This document shows positions 25,606-39,381 of a DNA stretch of 64,000 nt, piece by piece. This DNA is from Yuukianura sp. NJ FZ-2021 (taxonomy: Eukaryota), in assembly GCA_046563655.1 (NCBI GenBank), contig CM102284.1:5642001-5706000 (forward strand). Reading direction: 5' to 3'. The notes beneath the pieces are model-generated. The model had not been told where the DNA came from. It worked only from the letters and a program-made list of their open reading frames with translations, and made no database searches. Each line of letters starts with the position of its first letter. Within the stretch, counting starts at the first letter, position 1. The position numbers were made by a program, and so were the translations under genes.

Positions 25606-26674
25606 TCCACTTCTAGTACTTGCTAGGATGTTGTGGGTTACATATGAGCTTGGCCCAAATTGCAATAAAACAGGTGAGTCTACGGTTTTTTCCCATGAGT
25701 ATGATGACGCAAACACAACTTCAATTAAAAAAAGCCACCTCTCAATCCCTGTAAGAAGAAACTCACCCAATTTAAGATGCAAAAAAGAAGTACGACTAAT
25801 ATACAGAGAGGGATGCAAAATTGAAGTAGAGGAGACAAGTTTTTAAGTTAAAATTTGGTAAAACAAATTCAGTCGAGTCCCGTAAAAATTTTCGTTTTAA
25901 AGACAGGTGAGGTAGGAAGTCAAGCCAGTTATTTTAAAAATCAAAGGTTTTTGAAAAATTTGAATCAAATCCAATTTTAGGTACTGTGTCCTTAAGGTTT
26001 ATAACCAGGAAGTTTAAGTTAAGGGGTAGACGGACACATTGCAGTACACACAGTACAAAGAACAAAGGTCATTGGGCCAATTTCCAAAAGAGTTTGGCAA
26101 GGGAGAAGGAACGGAGGATCTCTCAGAAAAAACTACGAGAAAAGTGTACCAAAAAGTTTACAAATTGAAAAATTTGAACAAAATTTAACAAAAGGTCCCT
26201 GAAGGGCCCTTGTTCAAAAGTTTCAAAAAACATGTAAAGGACGACCTCTTTTCATTGTTGTTTGGCTCACCGGAGCAGTCGGAGTCTTGTGAATAAGTTT
26301 TAGTAGGAAATGAATGGTGGTTGGTGGGCAATAAGTACAAGCCGCAGAAGACGCAAACGCTATTTGAACAAGGCCGAATCAGCAACGCCGCGGTTCCAGA
26401 CGTCAAAGGACTGGAAATAGTGACTTCCTCCTGGAAATGTCCAAAGGTCCACACTAATAAGTAGGTGCATCAAAGAAAAGTGTTTAGTTAAGTGACTCCG
26501 CTTCTAATTATAAGTTAAGTATAATTAAGAGTTAAGGAGTTACCGTTATAAAATGAGGATAACCATGCTTCTGCAGCTCCTCTGACTTCCTAATTAACAC
26601 TTTCAATTCATTTTTTTCCAAGTACTGCTGGCCGACACAAGGAAGAGGCTCATTAAGTAACCATTGGAGGTGCA

Positions 26675-29600
26675 ATGAACGGGCTCCAAGGGCATGGACT
26701 GGTGCTTCTCGTCGTCGCAACAGTGTGGGTCATAGGTCAAGGGCCCTCCTACGAGTACGAGCCCTTCCACTGGGCCAGAACAGTTCACCACCAGACACCC
26801 TATGACCCACATGACATTGCCCTCAGGGCGCAGAACGCCCAGTATCGAAACATTTACAGGAACAAAAACTACTTTGTTCAACCACCACAGAAAACAACGA
26901 CATGGGCTCCACCCCAAGCACCATCGTCAGCGTTCCAGAGAAGAACATATGCAGCGACATCGTCGTCGACGTCAACGACGACATCGGCTGAAGAAATAAG
27001 CGGTAAGTGTAACGTTTTCAAGTCATTTATTCCTTACAAAGGCTTCTTGCTTTGAATAGACATGTTGTGGAGCTGGTACTACATCAAAGGCATCCCATAA
27101 CGAGTGACTGCTCGGCTCTTTTCTAAGCTTCAGCTCTTCCGGTGACCTAGAAATCAAAAGTTTTTCAGATTTTTTTCAGCGTTTCATTTTTCTCAAACAC
27201 TAAATCCAAACTTTCCAGTTTTGAATGCTTAAATTCAGAAAATTTTAAAGTAGATTGAAAGCTTACTGAAAGCTAAGGAATATCCTGGCCACCTTGACAG
27301 GGAACATTCGAATAAGTGTTGGGTAGATGGATGCATAGAACAGCGGTATTGGATCCTCCAAACTGTGAATAACTTCCAGCCCACCAAAACCTTCGAAATG
27401 ATCCCAGTCCTTGTGACAATCGTCCTGAATTGTTTTGGCCAGAAAATGAAAGGTCTCCATGTCCCAGTGCTCGTGAATTCTCAGGAATTCGTGACAGAGT
27501 TGCGCCACATGAATAGTTTCCCTTAAAAAATTTAGCGTGTGGTTAAAAAAACATTGAAAATTGAAAATTCGTGTCAATTTTCTGGAAAATTTTACCTAGC
27601 AACGTCTTTGGCAGCGAAAAGAGAGATGTAAAGTTCGTCCAATTTGTCCGAAAGTACGCGTCCAACTTCATATAGCCACTCAACTTCTTGTTCGTTGAGT
27701 ATATTTCTTGGAAAAGTGTTAAGCTCCATGCAGCGATCCTTGAGGTAAATGACGTCTTCAAACAATGTTAACGTATGTGGTTGCTTGCGACTCGGTCGAT
27801 GAGTATGCAAAGTTTGATCAAATTCAGTTAACAGTGAGAAGGCATCGGCTAAAATGGCCTTAGTCCTTTGAATAAGATTTACAATAATGCTAGTTTGGGC
27901 TGGAAAGTTGAAGTTACTGGTGGGATGCCACTGGACATTCGTTTCTTCATTACGAGATACAACCACTAGATCCGGTTTTGTTGGAGCACGAATAGTCATG
28001 GGCCATTTGATTTTGTGATCCATGATCTTTGAATCTTTCAACTTCTTTTCCCTCCTCAAGATGAGTCGAACGCGAGCTTGTTCAATGTAATCTGCTTTGG
28101 CTCTAAGATTCACTACTTCGGCTTTTCCGGATCTTATGTTGAACAGATACTTTCCAATGACACGTTCATAGTCTTCCATGACTATTTCAGCTGTATTTGC
28201 GATGTGACAGACTGATGACCAGAGCATGACACTTTCCGTCACGAGTTCCAGAAACAACTTCCGAATGTATCGCATTGTGCTGTGATGATAATGTTCATCC
28301 ATGGTGTCCAATTCAGTGAGCATGAACGTTATCATGTACAAGAAGGAGGCTGACATTGACCGTCCTTGTAACAGGTCAGGTACTATTGGAGTAATTGGAG
28401 TTGATGCGTAGATGTTAGAGAAGGCTAGCGTTGTTCTGAATTGGGTCATGAGGAGGTCAAGTTGCTCCATATGCTCAGCACTCACGATTGAATTTGTTAG
28501 GGCTTCTAGAATATTTTCAACTAGTCCTCCCTTCCAATCCCTCTCCGGTAAACCCTGAAATTGAAAATTGCGAGAGCGAATTTTTCAGAAAATTTTTCCA
28601 GAAAATCGAAATTTTCAGAAAATTTTGCATCATACCTCCAAAGTAATCTTGATTTTTTTGAGATACTGAGTAGAGTGGTGAGTTCTTGGTTGAAACCTGT
28701 GGAATTTCAGGAAAAAGGTGCCAAATTAGTTGGATTCTTAGAAAAATCAAGGTCAGGAAATAAATTAATGTTACGTGCAGCAGCTCAAGTTCGTTATCGT
28801 GATAATTGTTCATAAAAATGGATCGACAGCAGAGTAAGCACGAAATTGTCGGAAGAATGCAAAAGGATTGGCAGAATTCCCGCATGCGTCTCCTGACGTA
28901 CTCGAGGTCACTTTCACCCGTGATAATGTCCTTTTCAGACAGAAAGTGGGATATATCTAAACTAAACCAAAGACAAACTTTCAATTAGTTCATCAAAACC
29001 AAAATATACTTTCCAGTTTTGCTAAATTTTTGCAACTTCGGAAATGACGCTTACCCAAGACGACTTTTTTGGAAGACAGAAAGTTGACTAACGGGATTCG
29101 TGCCGATACTGTCCGTATCAATTTCCCAACGCCGTGGATAAACACTGACAAATGCGTCTGACAACGCACGCTCCCTTTTCTTCTTGACGAATGCTTCTGA
29201 CAACACAGGCTCCTTCTCCTTCTGGAACAATGGTTTTCCGGAGTGTGGAACTTTCTTAGTGCGACTTTCAAGCTGAGTAAAAGTCGAAGGCACTTCCGCC
29301 CTTGAAGCCCTTGGAGTCGCTTTGGACTTTGAAGGCCCTTGAGATTTCTTCTTCGGTGGTACAACACCCTTAGGCTTGATCTTGAATACTTGCGGCTGAG
29401 CGATGGGCGCTTTCTTGGCATCAACAGTCTTTCCTAAAGCAGGTTCAGCACCGTTCGTTGGCGTTACTTGGTTTAATTTTCCCGCGCCCTCTTTTGGCAT
29501 ACTAGAGTTTAGTGGCTTGCGGAGAAGCCCTAAGGCCTCGCCAAATTTTAGTCCACCATGTCATGTCAACTAGAAAAAATCGATTATTACTGCTTCAAAT

Positions 29601-30903
29601 TTGAAATATTTGTAAACAAATAACGAACCAAGCGGTAGCCATAGACATGTTGAGTAGTGGCTTAAAACACCTAAAGAAATAAAATAAACATAAATAACAA
29701 TTAATTATTGTTGATTAATTAATCGATAACATATAAATATTTAATACTTACAGATTCGCCAATAGTATTTGAAGAGCAGTCGAGTCCTGCCAACTACATC
29801 CGAACAGTGGAAACGTATCAACAGAGCACATCAGTTGTGACAAATCAAGTCATTTCCGGAAACAATGCTGCTGGTGGGCGTGGCCTATATTTTCCAACAC
29901 CCAATGGAAAAACCCCACCCGCTTGCGCCAAGAATTCTCTCTACTGCGAAGCATTTGACTCTTACCCAAAGTAAAATACGTCAAAATTTTAAATCAGCTC
30001 CAAAAATAACTTCACAAAAAAGTTAAAATTTTGTGTTAATATTTTTGTAACTTTCTAGAGAGCTACTAAACGAAGTCCTGACGAGGACGTTCACCCCTAA
30101 AGAATTTAGAGATGTCTACGGTGAAACGGTGGACAACTCAACTACGGTAAATGGAGGCCCTTAAGTACTTTCCAAAATTAAGCTGAGCAAAGTTTTGAAT
30201 TTTTTTTCCAAAAATTTGACATTCAAAATTTTTTTAGACAACAGATCTAAAGCTGCTGGAGCGAACGGGACTTATTTCATCCAACTACGAAGAGACGCCA
30301 CTCTGTTCATCAGTGGTAATTAAAATTTCGAAATTAAGTTAACTTAAAAACATGAAAGTTAAATTTTTACTCTGTACCTGAACTAGGAACGAACAATTTA
30401 CCCTCGAGTTGCACGAAATAAGGACAATAAGTGGATGTACGTTGTAAATCATGACGAGTACATTCAAGGAGTCAGAGTTGAAAAATGCTTGGACGACGAT
30501 GGCCAACCTTGTGTTTTTGGAGGTTAGGATTTACTATAATTCAAAACAAAAGTTGGATTAGATCAATATTTAACGCTAACCTATGACCTAAAAATTTACT
30601 AATATTATAGAAACTGCCCCAGCAGGGTATCAAACTGCTTGTCGTCAAAAGTACATTTACAAAAAACTATTGGCCCTTACTCCCGAGGGGAAGACTTCAA
30701 CAGACACATTTAAACTCCCATCTTGCTGTGTCTGTTTCGTCAAAAAAGTTCCCTTGGTCAACAGGGTACTCAGCACAAGTCCAGCGGTCATGACCTCTAG
30801 ACAGCCCAATACAGAAGACCGTGAACAAGAGCCAGACTATGACGATCTCCCTTCCACAACCACAACGACTACTAGGAGCAGGTCTCTCCGAGCAAGGCAC
30901 TGA
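26675..30903 (+). CDS. spz: Spaetzle-family cystine-knot Toll ligand; exons 26675-27002, 29754-29970, 30059-30146, 30238-30315, 30387-30522, 30611-30903
   Basis: Signal peptide, prodomain motif ACAKNSLYCEAFDSYP and a likely cleavage site ER|TG. Knot domain EETPLCSSVERTIYPRVARNKDNKWMYVVN..QGVRVEKC..C..CRQKYIYKKLLAL..DTFKLPSCCVC. All splice phases are consistent; the exact paralog is uncertain. Confidence 0.9.
27023..29500 (-). CDS. Uncharacterised 656-aa protein nested antisense in spaetzle intron 1; exons 29500-29055, 28961-28775, 28554-27596, 27521-27267, 27146-27023
   Basis: Five exons with GT-AG introns join in frame (1971 nt including stop). Basic low-complexity N-terminus and a helical-looking C-terminal part; no family recognised. 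Confidence 0.75.
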
Positions 30904-31177
30904 AAGTCCAGTGCAATCCCACACACAATAACTAATCGTAAATTAATCGCACTAATCGTTATTCTCTAATCCTTAAGTTGTTGATTTTCACATATAACTA
31001 ATACGTTATTATTGAATCATTGTGGAATTCAAGTCAATTGTTAACGTTCTTCTATGACCTGAGGGTCCTTGGACTAATAAGACTACTAATTGTTTCCTAA
31101 TGTCAATTAAACTTAAATAACCCAATGCAAAGCAAACAGAATTAAAAGATTGAACGAACGTGGGATGACAAGAACTC

Positions 31178-32716
31178 TCAAAGTATTTCTCCAGCTCCAA
31201 CTTGTTTGATGATGTCAGCCTTTTCTTTGAAGTATTGATGGTACCATTCCAAATACTCGTGCTTTTCGGGAACACTGAGGTAAGGATTCTTTGATAGTCC
31301 AACGGTGACGAGTTCCATAAATTGACGAATTGGTCCAGTCTTGGGACACCACGAATCTATAACTGGTTCCAAAAAGACGTGATCTGTAAAGTCGTATTTT
31401 GAGTTTTCGTCTTTCCCTGTAAACCAAAAGATCAAAACGTTTACGTTACGACTTTTCATTTTAGAATTGAAAATGATTGTGTCTGTTTACCTTGTTCGTT
31501 GTCAATCGGAAAGTGCCAAAATTTTCCTTGTTCAGTCCATAAAATCATTTCTTCGAAACCATTCGCCGGAGGATGAGTAGCAGCCAATTTAAGCTCTTTC
31601 TGGTGAATCCTGTCCCAAGTAGCTAAAGTTGGAGTCACTGGCGCAGGTTCTGTAGTTTTCTTGGCACTTGTGAAAATCCCTACTGGCCTTTGACCGAACA
31701 AACTAATCGGCATATATGCGTAGCCAGGCGCTTGACGCATATGTTGTTCCCGTTCCGGCCTGGAGTATCGGTCACTCTTTCGTCGCTGGATATCGCTTTG
31801 ACTATCATCATGCAACATTTGGCGAACCCGTTGAGCTCGACTTCCTTCGAAAGCTCCACTTCTTTCAACAGGGGGTGGCTTCTTAGTACGGTCAATTTTC
31901 ATTCCAAGAAACAGCTCACTAAATGTGACAACAAAATGTTTAAAGACTTTTAGTTGCTTGAAAGTTCAAAGCAGTGTTTACCTTAAATTGATTTTTTCGG
32001 CTTGCTGAGCTTTCAATTTCTGGACAAGATCATTTTCAGTCACCTCTGGATCACCCTTCAAACTTGCTGCCACTGATTTCACAGCCGTAACAAGGTTAGG
32101 ACCTGGTTGATGCATGATTAAAAAGTTTGAGGTTAAAACGATTATCCACAATATCAATTGTCTAAGAAAAGTCGTACTGAGTTCTGGTTCCTTGATGACT
32201 GGTGTGTCTGTTGCAATTTCCGGTTCCATGGGTTTCTTTTCTACTTTTGTATTTTTGTTCGGATTTACCCTCTTCGGAACTGCCAATTTAAAGTCGACTT
32301 TTGAAGTCTCAGTTTGTCCATGGTCCTTCTCCTTTCTGTTTCTGGAATCCTAACATAAAAACAAGGATTATTCTTAAGCAGATGCTCACATAAATGGAAC
32401 CTAAGTATTTAGATCCATACCTCAACCATAGATTGAAGTAAATCGTTTAGTCTATCTTTCGCTCTTTTCCCCGATTTGTTGTCATTCTCGTCACTAGAAT
32501 ACCAGCGGCTGTGCTCTATCCTATAACACAAAATCGGCATAACTAAATCAAAATTGTTTTATGTAGGACCTACATGATGAAAATAATTCGCAGTTTGAAG
32601 CTTGGTTACCTTTGCCCAGCAGCAGCATCAGCAGATTGAAAGACGGCTGGAATTAATCTGTGTTGAGTACTTGCCATAAAGAAGCTACGAGTCCTCCATA
32701 TCACGCCTGTCTTCAT
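31178..32716 (-). CDS. mRpS31: Mitochondrial 28S ribosomal protein S31, multi-exon
   Basis: Motifs HPPANGFEEMILWTEQGKFWHFPIDNEQG and GPIRQFMELVTVGLSKNPYLSVPEKHEYLEWYHQYFKEK. Basic presequence-like N-terminus from ATG 32716. Confidence 0.92.
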
Positions 32717-33312
32717 GATTAATTCCTGTCCAACGAAAAACGCCTTTATAGCTTGTTTCGAATAAAATTAAGAATTTTTGTAAGATCTTTATTACACAAC
32801 AGTACGTTGACGTTAAGGTTGAATTCGAAATCCAAAAGGAATCACGCGTCGCTGGCGGAAGTCGGTTTCCTCAAGTATCAAACTGCAATCCACGAATCCA
32901 AGAATAAGAAATCCGTATTTGGGTGTAATTAAAGGTTAATTCACTAATTAATTAAGGTTCGTTGACCTTGGCCCCACCAAAAACAAACCCCAGAACAAAG
33001 AACGGTACGCTTACGCAACATTACCAAATTCGAAAAAGAAAAAGAAAAATCACTTTTTGAAATTGCTAAACAACGTTCCCGCGAAATGTGTAATAAACAT
33101 GGGCCGAGTAGGGGCAAGGTGAGCAAAGTCACAAAAATTTTGAGGAGAGTGGGAAAATATTGGCGGGACGAAGAGGCAAAAGAAATTGTCACTCAGCACT
33201 GGCCATTGCAAAATGAAACATCGCATTGTTTATTTGGGTTGCAGTAAGGTACAAGAATAATACAAATTAAATTTGTGTGACTATATGACTATGTGAGAGT
33301 CGTGCATACTAC

Positions 33313-33450
33313 CAGCGGCTGCAATGGGTGGCTATTATGTACGGCAAATTGTGTTGCCACCGTAAAAAAATAGGCAAATTTGGCTACATAAATTGCCACA
33401 AAAGTTGGGCGGGCGGGTTACAATGAAGGGCATTAATCCTAATCACCATT
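33313..33450. mobile_element. Degenerate relic of the MITE found at 43938-44182
   Basis: ggctgcaatgggtggcta..cggcaa..ttgccac and gcgggttacaatgaagggcattaatcc resemble the MITE arms ggctacaatgggtggcta and gcggctacaatgacggtcgttaatcc. Confidence 0.55.
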
Positions 33451-33933
33451 TGCCATTTGTGTAATGTTTTTTCTTGGCGGATAGCAAATGTAATTGCCAT
33501 TGTAAAAATAAGGTGAAAACAGATCCCACCCGCGCGTTTTTATTGTTATTTCTGTCAGTTGTTGTTGGACTGTTGACCGTTGGAGGCGTGAATTCATCAG
33601 TTATCCTGTTACACGACTCGTTGAATCAAATTAATCACTGATCGTTAACTACGGATTCATTTGTTTTGTCTTTGTGGGAGTCTGCTGTCGGATTGATTCA
33701 CTGCTGCTTCGTTGAGACGTCTTCGGTAAGCTCCTCCGATCAATGAATAGACAAGAGCAGTAAACTAATTTGAATTAAATGTTTCTTAGATCATCACGAA
33801 GGCATCTCCCAAACAAGGTTCAACTCTTCGCCAAATCAGTGAACGGGCAAGGAGGTCTGTTTTAAAGAGGTATTCAGGGTTATCCGTGTAAATGGATGGT
33901 AAGTTGAACTCACCGGAAACACAGTTGGCCAGA

Positions 33934-36900
33934 ATGAAAGCTGATCAGAAACAACATATCCAGGTTTTTGTCCGGGTTCGGTAAGTTCCTTTCAAAGAGT
34001 TAGCAAGAGCATTTAGTTTACTTACGGTTGATTGTTGATGTCAAATTAATTTTTCAATTATAGTCCGATGAATACAAGGGAAAAAAGTAAAAACGCATTG
34101 TCTGTCTTGGATTGCCCCGGATCCCGAGAGGTAGTTGTCAAAGAGAGATCGTCTGTGAATATTTCAAAAACGTTCACATTTGATCGTGTGTTTGGTCCCA
34201 GCTCGAAACAAGTAAATCGTAATTGTAAAGCATAATTCAGAAGTTGTTTGTTGTCTTCATTCAATAATCATTTTGTTTTCCATGTGTTTAGATCGATGTC
34301 TACAAATCCGTGGTTGCACCATTGCTTGAGGAAGTGTTGTTGGGCTATAACTGCACAGTTTTTGCATATGGACAAACTTCTACGGGAAAAACGTTCACGA
34401 TGGAAGGAGCAGAGAGAACTGATGGCTCCGAAGTCTCCTGGGAAAATGTACGGTTTTAATATTATACTTATTCCATCTCGGCTTCAACCGAAACGTTTTT
34501 GAACGGCTCTTTTCGTCACCTATAACAGGATCCACTTGCCGGAATTATCCCACGCTCTTTGAGTCAGCTTTTTGACGAACTCCGGCTTCAAAATGCCGAG
34601 TTCACTGTTCGTGTTTCCCTGCTGGAGCTCTACAACGAGGAACTTTTTGATTTGCTATCTCCAACTGAGAATTCAAAGTTAAAGTAAATTACCTCATTTC
34701 CTAATTACTTCTTCATTTAACTTGGTTTCTGCAGTTGTGAGTTGACATTTGTGTTTTGATTTCACTCAGGACGCTTCGGCTCTTTGAAGATTCAAGCAGG
34801 AAGGGTTCGGTAATTATTCAAGGGTTGGAAGAAGTCACGGTTCACAACAAGAATGAGGTTTATCGAATCCTGGAACAAGGAACGAAAGGCCGTCATACCG
34901 CTGCCACCCAAATGAATGCTAATTCCAGGTAACATTTTACTACAATTTTTATGCTCTACCATCTTAAAAAATAACAGATTTCACTCCTGATTTAAGTATG
35001 TAACCTGTAATTGTAATGGATCAAGGGAGTTACACTTCTTTTTGAATTATTTTTGTTTTCTAGCCGCTCTCACACAATTTTTACCGTCACTGTGCACATC
35101 AAAGAGTCCAACGTGGAAGGAGAGGAACTTGTGAAGATTGGAAAATTGAATTTGGTGGATTTGGCGGGATCGGAAAATATTGGACGATCTGGAGCCATTC
35201 AGAAACAGGCAAAAGAGGCGGGTTCAATCAACCAGTCTTTGTTGACGCTTGGTAGAGTGATCACTGCCTTGGTGGAGCACACACCGCACGTTCCTTACAG
35301 GTTAGTCATTTTCGGGATTGCTGTCCGTGAACGCCATTGCACATTTATTTTTTACCAGGGAGAGTAAGCTCACGCGGTTGCTTCAGGATTCTCTTGGCGG
35401 GAGAACCAAAACATCGATCATTGCTACAGTGTCACCTGCCTCAATTAACTTGGAAGAGACACTCAGTACATTGGATTATGCTCATCGTGCCAAGGACATT
35501 ACAAATCGTCCTGAAATCAATCAGAAGATGACCAAGCGAGCTGTCCTCAAGGAATACACAGAAGAAATTGAACGTCTGAGACGTGATCTGCAAGCAAGCC
35601 GTGAAAAGTCTGGTGTCTTCATGGATAAAGAAAACTACGATTTCATGGTATCTCAAATTGAAGCTCAAACTCAAGAAATTAATGAGAAAGTTGTTCAAGT
35701 CCGAGCCTTGGAACAAACCATTGAAGCAAAAGACGTAAGTTCTAGAAGATCAGTGTCATGATTTTCATCTAGAAGAGTTATTTCTTACGTTGTTAAATGC
35801 TTCAATGTCTGACTTTTTAGGGAGCAATTGCGACTCTTCAAGGAGAATTGGATGAAGCCAAGGATGACCTTCAAACTTGTCATACTATATTGGAAGAAAC
35901 AACAGAAACATTGAAGGCTACACGACATGAGCTTGAGGTCACTCGTTCTGAACGCGATCAGAAATCCCACATTGTTCGTCAGCAACAGAAAACTGAAAAA
36001 GAACTCACTGCTCAAGCTCAGAAGCTGCTTGTAACTACAGAAGATGCGACTTCCAACCTAGAAAAGCTATATCGCAAACTGGACCGAAAAAAGTAAGCAT
36101 TTTTATACTTCACTCTCTAAAATCCTAAAAGTTTACTAATCATTAACACTTTTCAAATGAAAATCTTAGGGTTGTGGAGCAGAAGAATCTGGATGCTGGA
36201 CGTAGATTCAATGAAGATGTTACAAGCGGATTATCCGAAGTTTGCGAAACTATTGAAGCATTCAGGAAGCAGCATTCTGTGTTTTGCTCGAAACAAAGGA
36301 TAATTTTTGGTTTGTTTGTTACTTGATCCGTTTGTATCTTGTTCCACGCCATTGGCTCGAATGAGTTGCTTCTAAGTTAATATGTATTTTCTGAAAATCA
36401 CTTCTCTTTTTCCTTTATGTTTTAGAATCGTTTCGGAAGGAGAAGGAAGTCAAATTCGCCAATATAAAGCAAAATATTGCTGGCTTCGTTGAAACGATTT
36501 TGGAGCAGAAAACCCGGGATCTTGTTCACTTAATGGTAAAGAGAAAAACAAAAACTAGCTGAGTTTAAATTCAATTGGGAATTCACGTTTTTGTTTCTTC
36601 AGGTCAATGACATAAGAGTTCGGAACAAAGAAAACATTCATCATGTCAATGAAGTCAGTGTGTCTAATTCTGGCATTTTGGCAACGAGTCAGAACAAACT
36701 TGTTGTGGATTTCAAGACGCTGATGTCGAAAATCAGTGAAATCTCATCTCAAACTGAGAAAATGTTGAAAGACTACGAGGACAAGGTTTGTTAAGTTCGT
36801 TCCAAGCCAGTGAATGAATTGCTCCTAACATAAAAGTTTCTAAAAATTGCTTCTTTGCTTCTAAAGAATCTACACTGTTTAGATTAGGTTAGACTTTTTA

Positions 36901-38224
36901 GAAATAACTTTCCTGTAGAACCTATGCATGTGGTTCCGTTAAAAGTTACGGTGCTGCTATTTTCCAAGGAAGCGTACTATATGTTGTTTCTTTTTTGACA
37001 GACGATGCAACAATTTGAGACTGTCCGTTCTTTCGCTGAAACACGGTTGGACGCTTTGAATGCTTTCGAAAAGCAGTTCATCCTTCGCTGCGAAGAACTC
37101 CAATCCAAAGAGTCTCAATTACAAATTGCTGTTCAGAAACAAGACAGCATGCTCAAGTCGAATGCCATGGTAAGAACTTGTCCTCACAGAATGTACTTAT
37201 TGCGGAAGCAAAGCACTAGGAAACCTGGTGGTTTTTTAGGCATTTGCAGCGCAACTCGATACTTTGAAAAAAACACAAGAAGCATTTCAGAAGGAAATGA
37301 GTTCCGTCACTACAAAAATGATAGGAGATGTGAGTGACTCCATGAATTTGGCTAAGAGTTTGATGGATTTGGTGAAGAACAACAATGAAGGCGTGGTAAC
37401 AAAATCAGAACAGTTGGTAACAAATTTGTCTAAAGAAGTCCACTGCGTCGGAGGGAACGTTCAAAAATCAACGGCGGAGGTAAAAAAAAATGGAAATACT
37501 TTTCGTTCTTGACCATTCAAGACTTTTTGTATATATTTTGACTAACTTTTTGTATCAATATTATTCTCGGCAGTTGAAATCCAATCATGCGAAGGTGGTG
37601 GACACAATCAAAGGGATAGAAACTGGGGTCACTGAACAATTCCAGACACAGGTCAATCGTTTTTCGGATTTGGATAAATGGAACAACACGCGCTGCAACG
37701 AGCAAGACAAAGAACTGATCACATTTGTCTCCAAGTTTGATAAAGTGGCTGATGTAAGTTCAGATTTTCATTCAATTCAAGGTTCGTGGCATTGAGTTCT
37801 AAAAGTAACTCTGCCTTCATATTCCTTTTTTTGAAAATAGCAATTTCAGTCAAGCACGACTGCCCAAATGGATTCTTTGAGTGTTAAATTGGATGAAGGA
37901 CAGGAGGCGGACATTACTATCATTGAAGACACGCGTACGGCTCTTGGTGACCATTGTGCCGAAGTGTCAATGTGGTTTGATCAAACGGCTGAAGATACTG
38001 GAAAACAAGCTGGAAAAGTTCGTGAATTTTGGGAAACGACGTATCTTGTGGACAGCCCGACTGGAGCGACTCCTCAACGAAAGGCTTACGACTTCCCACG
38101 TCTTCTGTCTGCCACTTCTCCACATGAACGAATCGTCAAACGCTACCTTGCTGAACGGCAAGAGCAAATAGTTCTAGATGAAAACTCTGACCCGACGAAG
38201 ATCAAGAAAGATGAAGTTTTCTAA
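33934..38224 (+). CDS. KIF11: Kinesin-5 (BimC/Eg5/Klp61F), multi-exon
   Basis: Motifs [32 protein letters not shown] (P-loop), [39 protein letters not shown] and [15 protein letters not shown]. Coiled-coil stalk and BimC box TGATPQRK. Confidence 0.96.
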
Positions 38225-39381
38225 ATGTACAAGTACTGGTAAGTCCCTCCCGTGTTACCGGAAAGAGATCTGCGCAGTCGCAGCTTGTGTTCATAACACT
38301 ACATTTAACATTTTGTAAGTTTATATAAACTTTTGTAAAACACAAGCTGAATTTTGTCATGTATTTGAACCATGCAAAGTAATTAATTCACTACGTTCTT
38401 CTACTTGTTTTGTTATTTTTAAGTTTCAGGTTCACACTATTATTAAATTAATTCGTACATTACATGTTTAGGGCATCGGAGCGGTAATCATTTTCTAATG
38501 GATCAACGGAAGCCGGCTTTTCTATTCTGCTTTTTGTTGTGTAATCACTGCAATTTGCACAACAACAAAGTAGAAAAGCCGAATTCCAAATGACCTGATT
38601 TCTATAGCCTTAGAGATTTTTAGAATGACATGGTTGTTTTGGGGAATTCGTCTAAAATTGGTACGTTTTTAGACGAATTGCATTTGCCACTTAGTGTTTG
38701 ATGCAATTGTGATGATTAACTAATTGAAATGTTGAATTATTTCAGTTGCCCAGTTGAGAACAAGAGAGATGCTTCTTCCTGTTTCCGTCTGCTACTTGAT
38801 GTATACAAAAGCGTGTTTCTACTTTCAACCATCGGGGAATATAACAATAGGAGGAAAGAAGAATAGGAAGAGGACACGGATTACCTTTTAAACTTTAGCA
38901 TTTCGCACTGTGGTACTCCACAGACTGCAGTTGGAGAATCAGCAGAATGATAATGAGTACTTTAGTCAATAGTCAATCCACTGACTCCCACATGCACACC
39001 TTGTATAGGTGCTCCCGTCCCACCAAATGGCCATCGTCGTCATCCCCATCATCAGAAGCCCATTAGTCTAACAATTCATTTTCTTATCTCCTCTAGTACT
39101 AGTTCTGGATTTGGATTGGATCCACTTCTAGGACCTAACTTAACTTCCTGCCAGACGTGTCCAGTCACTGGCTCATCAGTTCCAAGTATTTTTGTACGAA
39201 ACGATGTCATTTTTCATATACTCCGTCCAACGTAATTTAAAAGAGGACTGACAACTAAACCCTTAATTTTTGCAACTATTCTGTTCAAAAGGTAACAACT
39301 CATAAAAAAAAGTTGAAAAGAATTTAGATTTAATTTTAAAATTTAAAAAATTTCATTTTGGTTATCCAGAAATCCAGCGGG

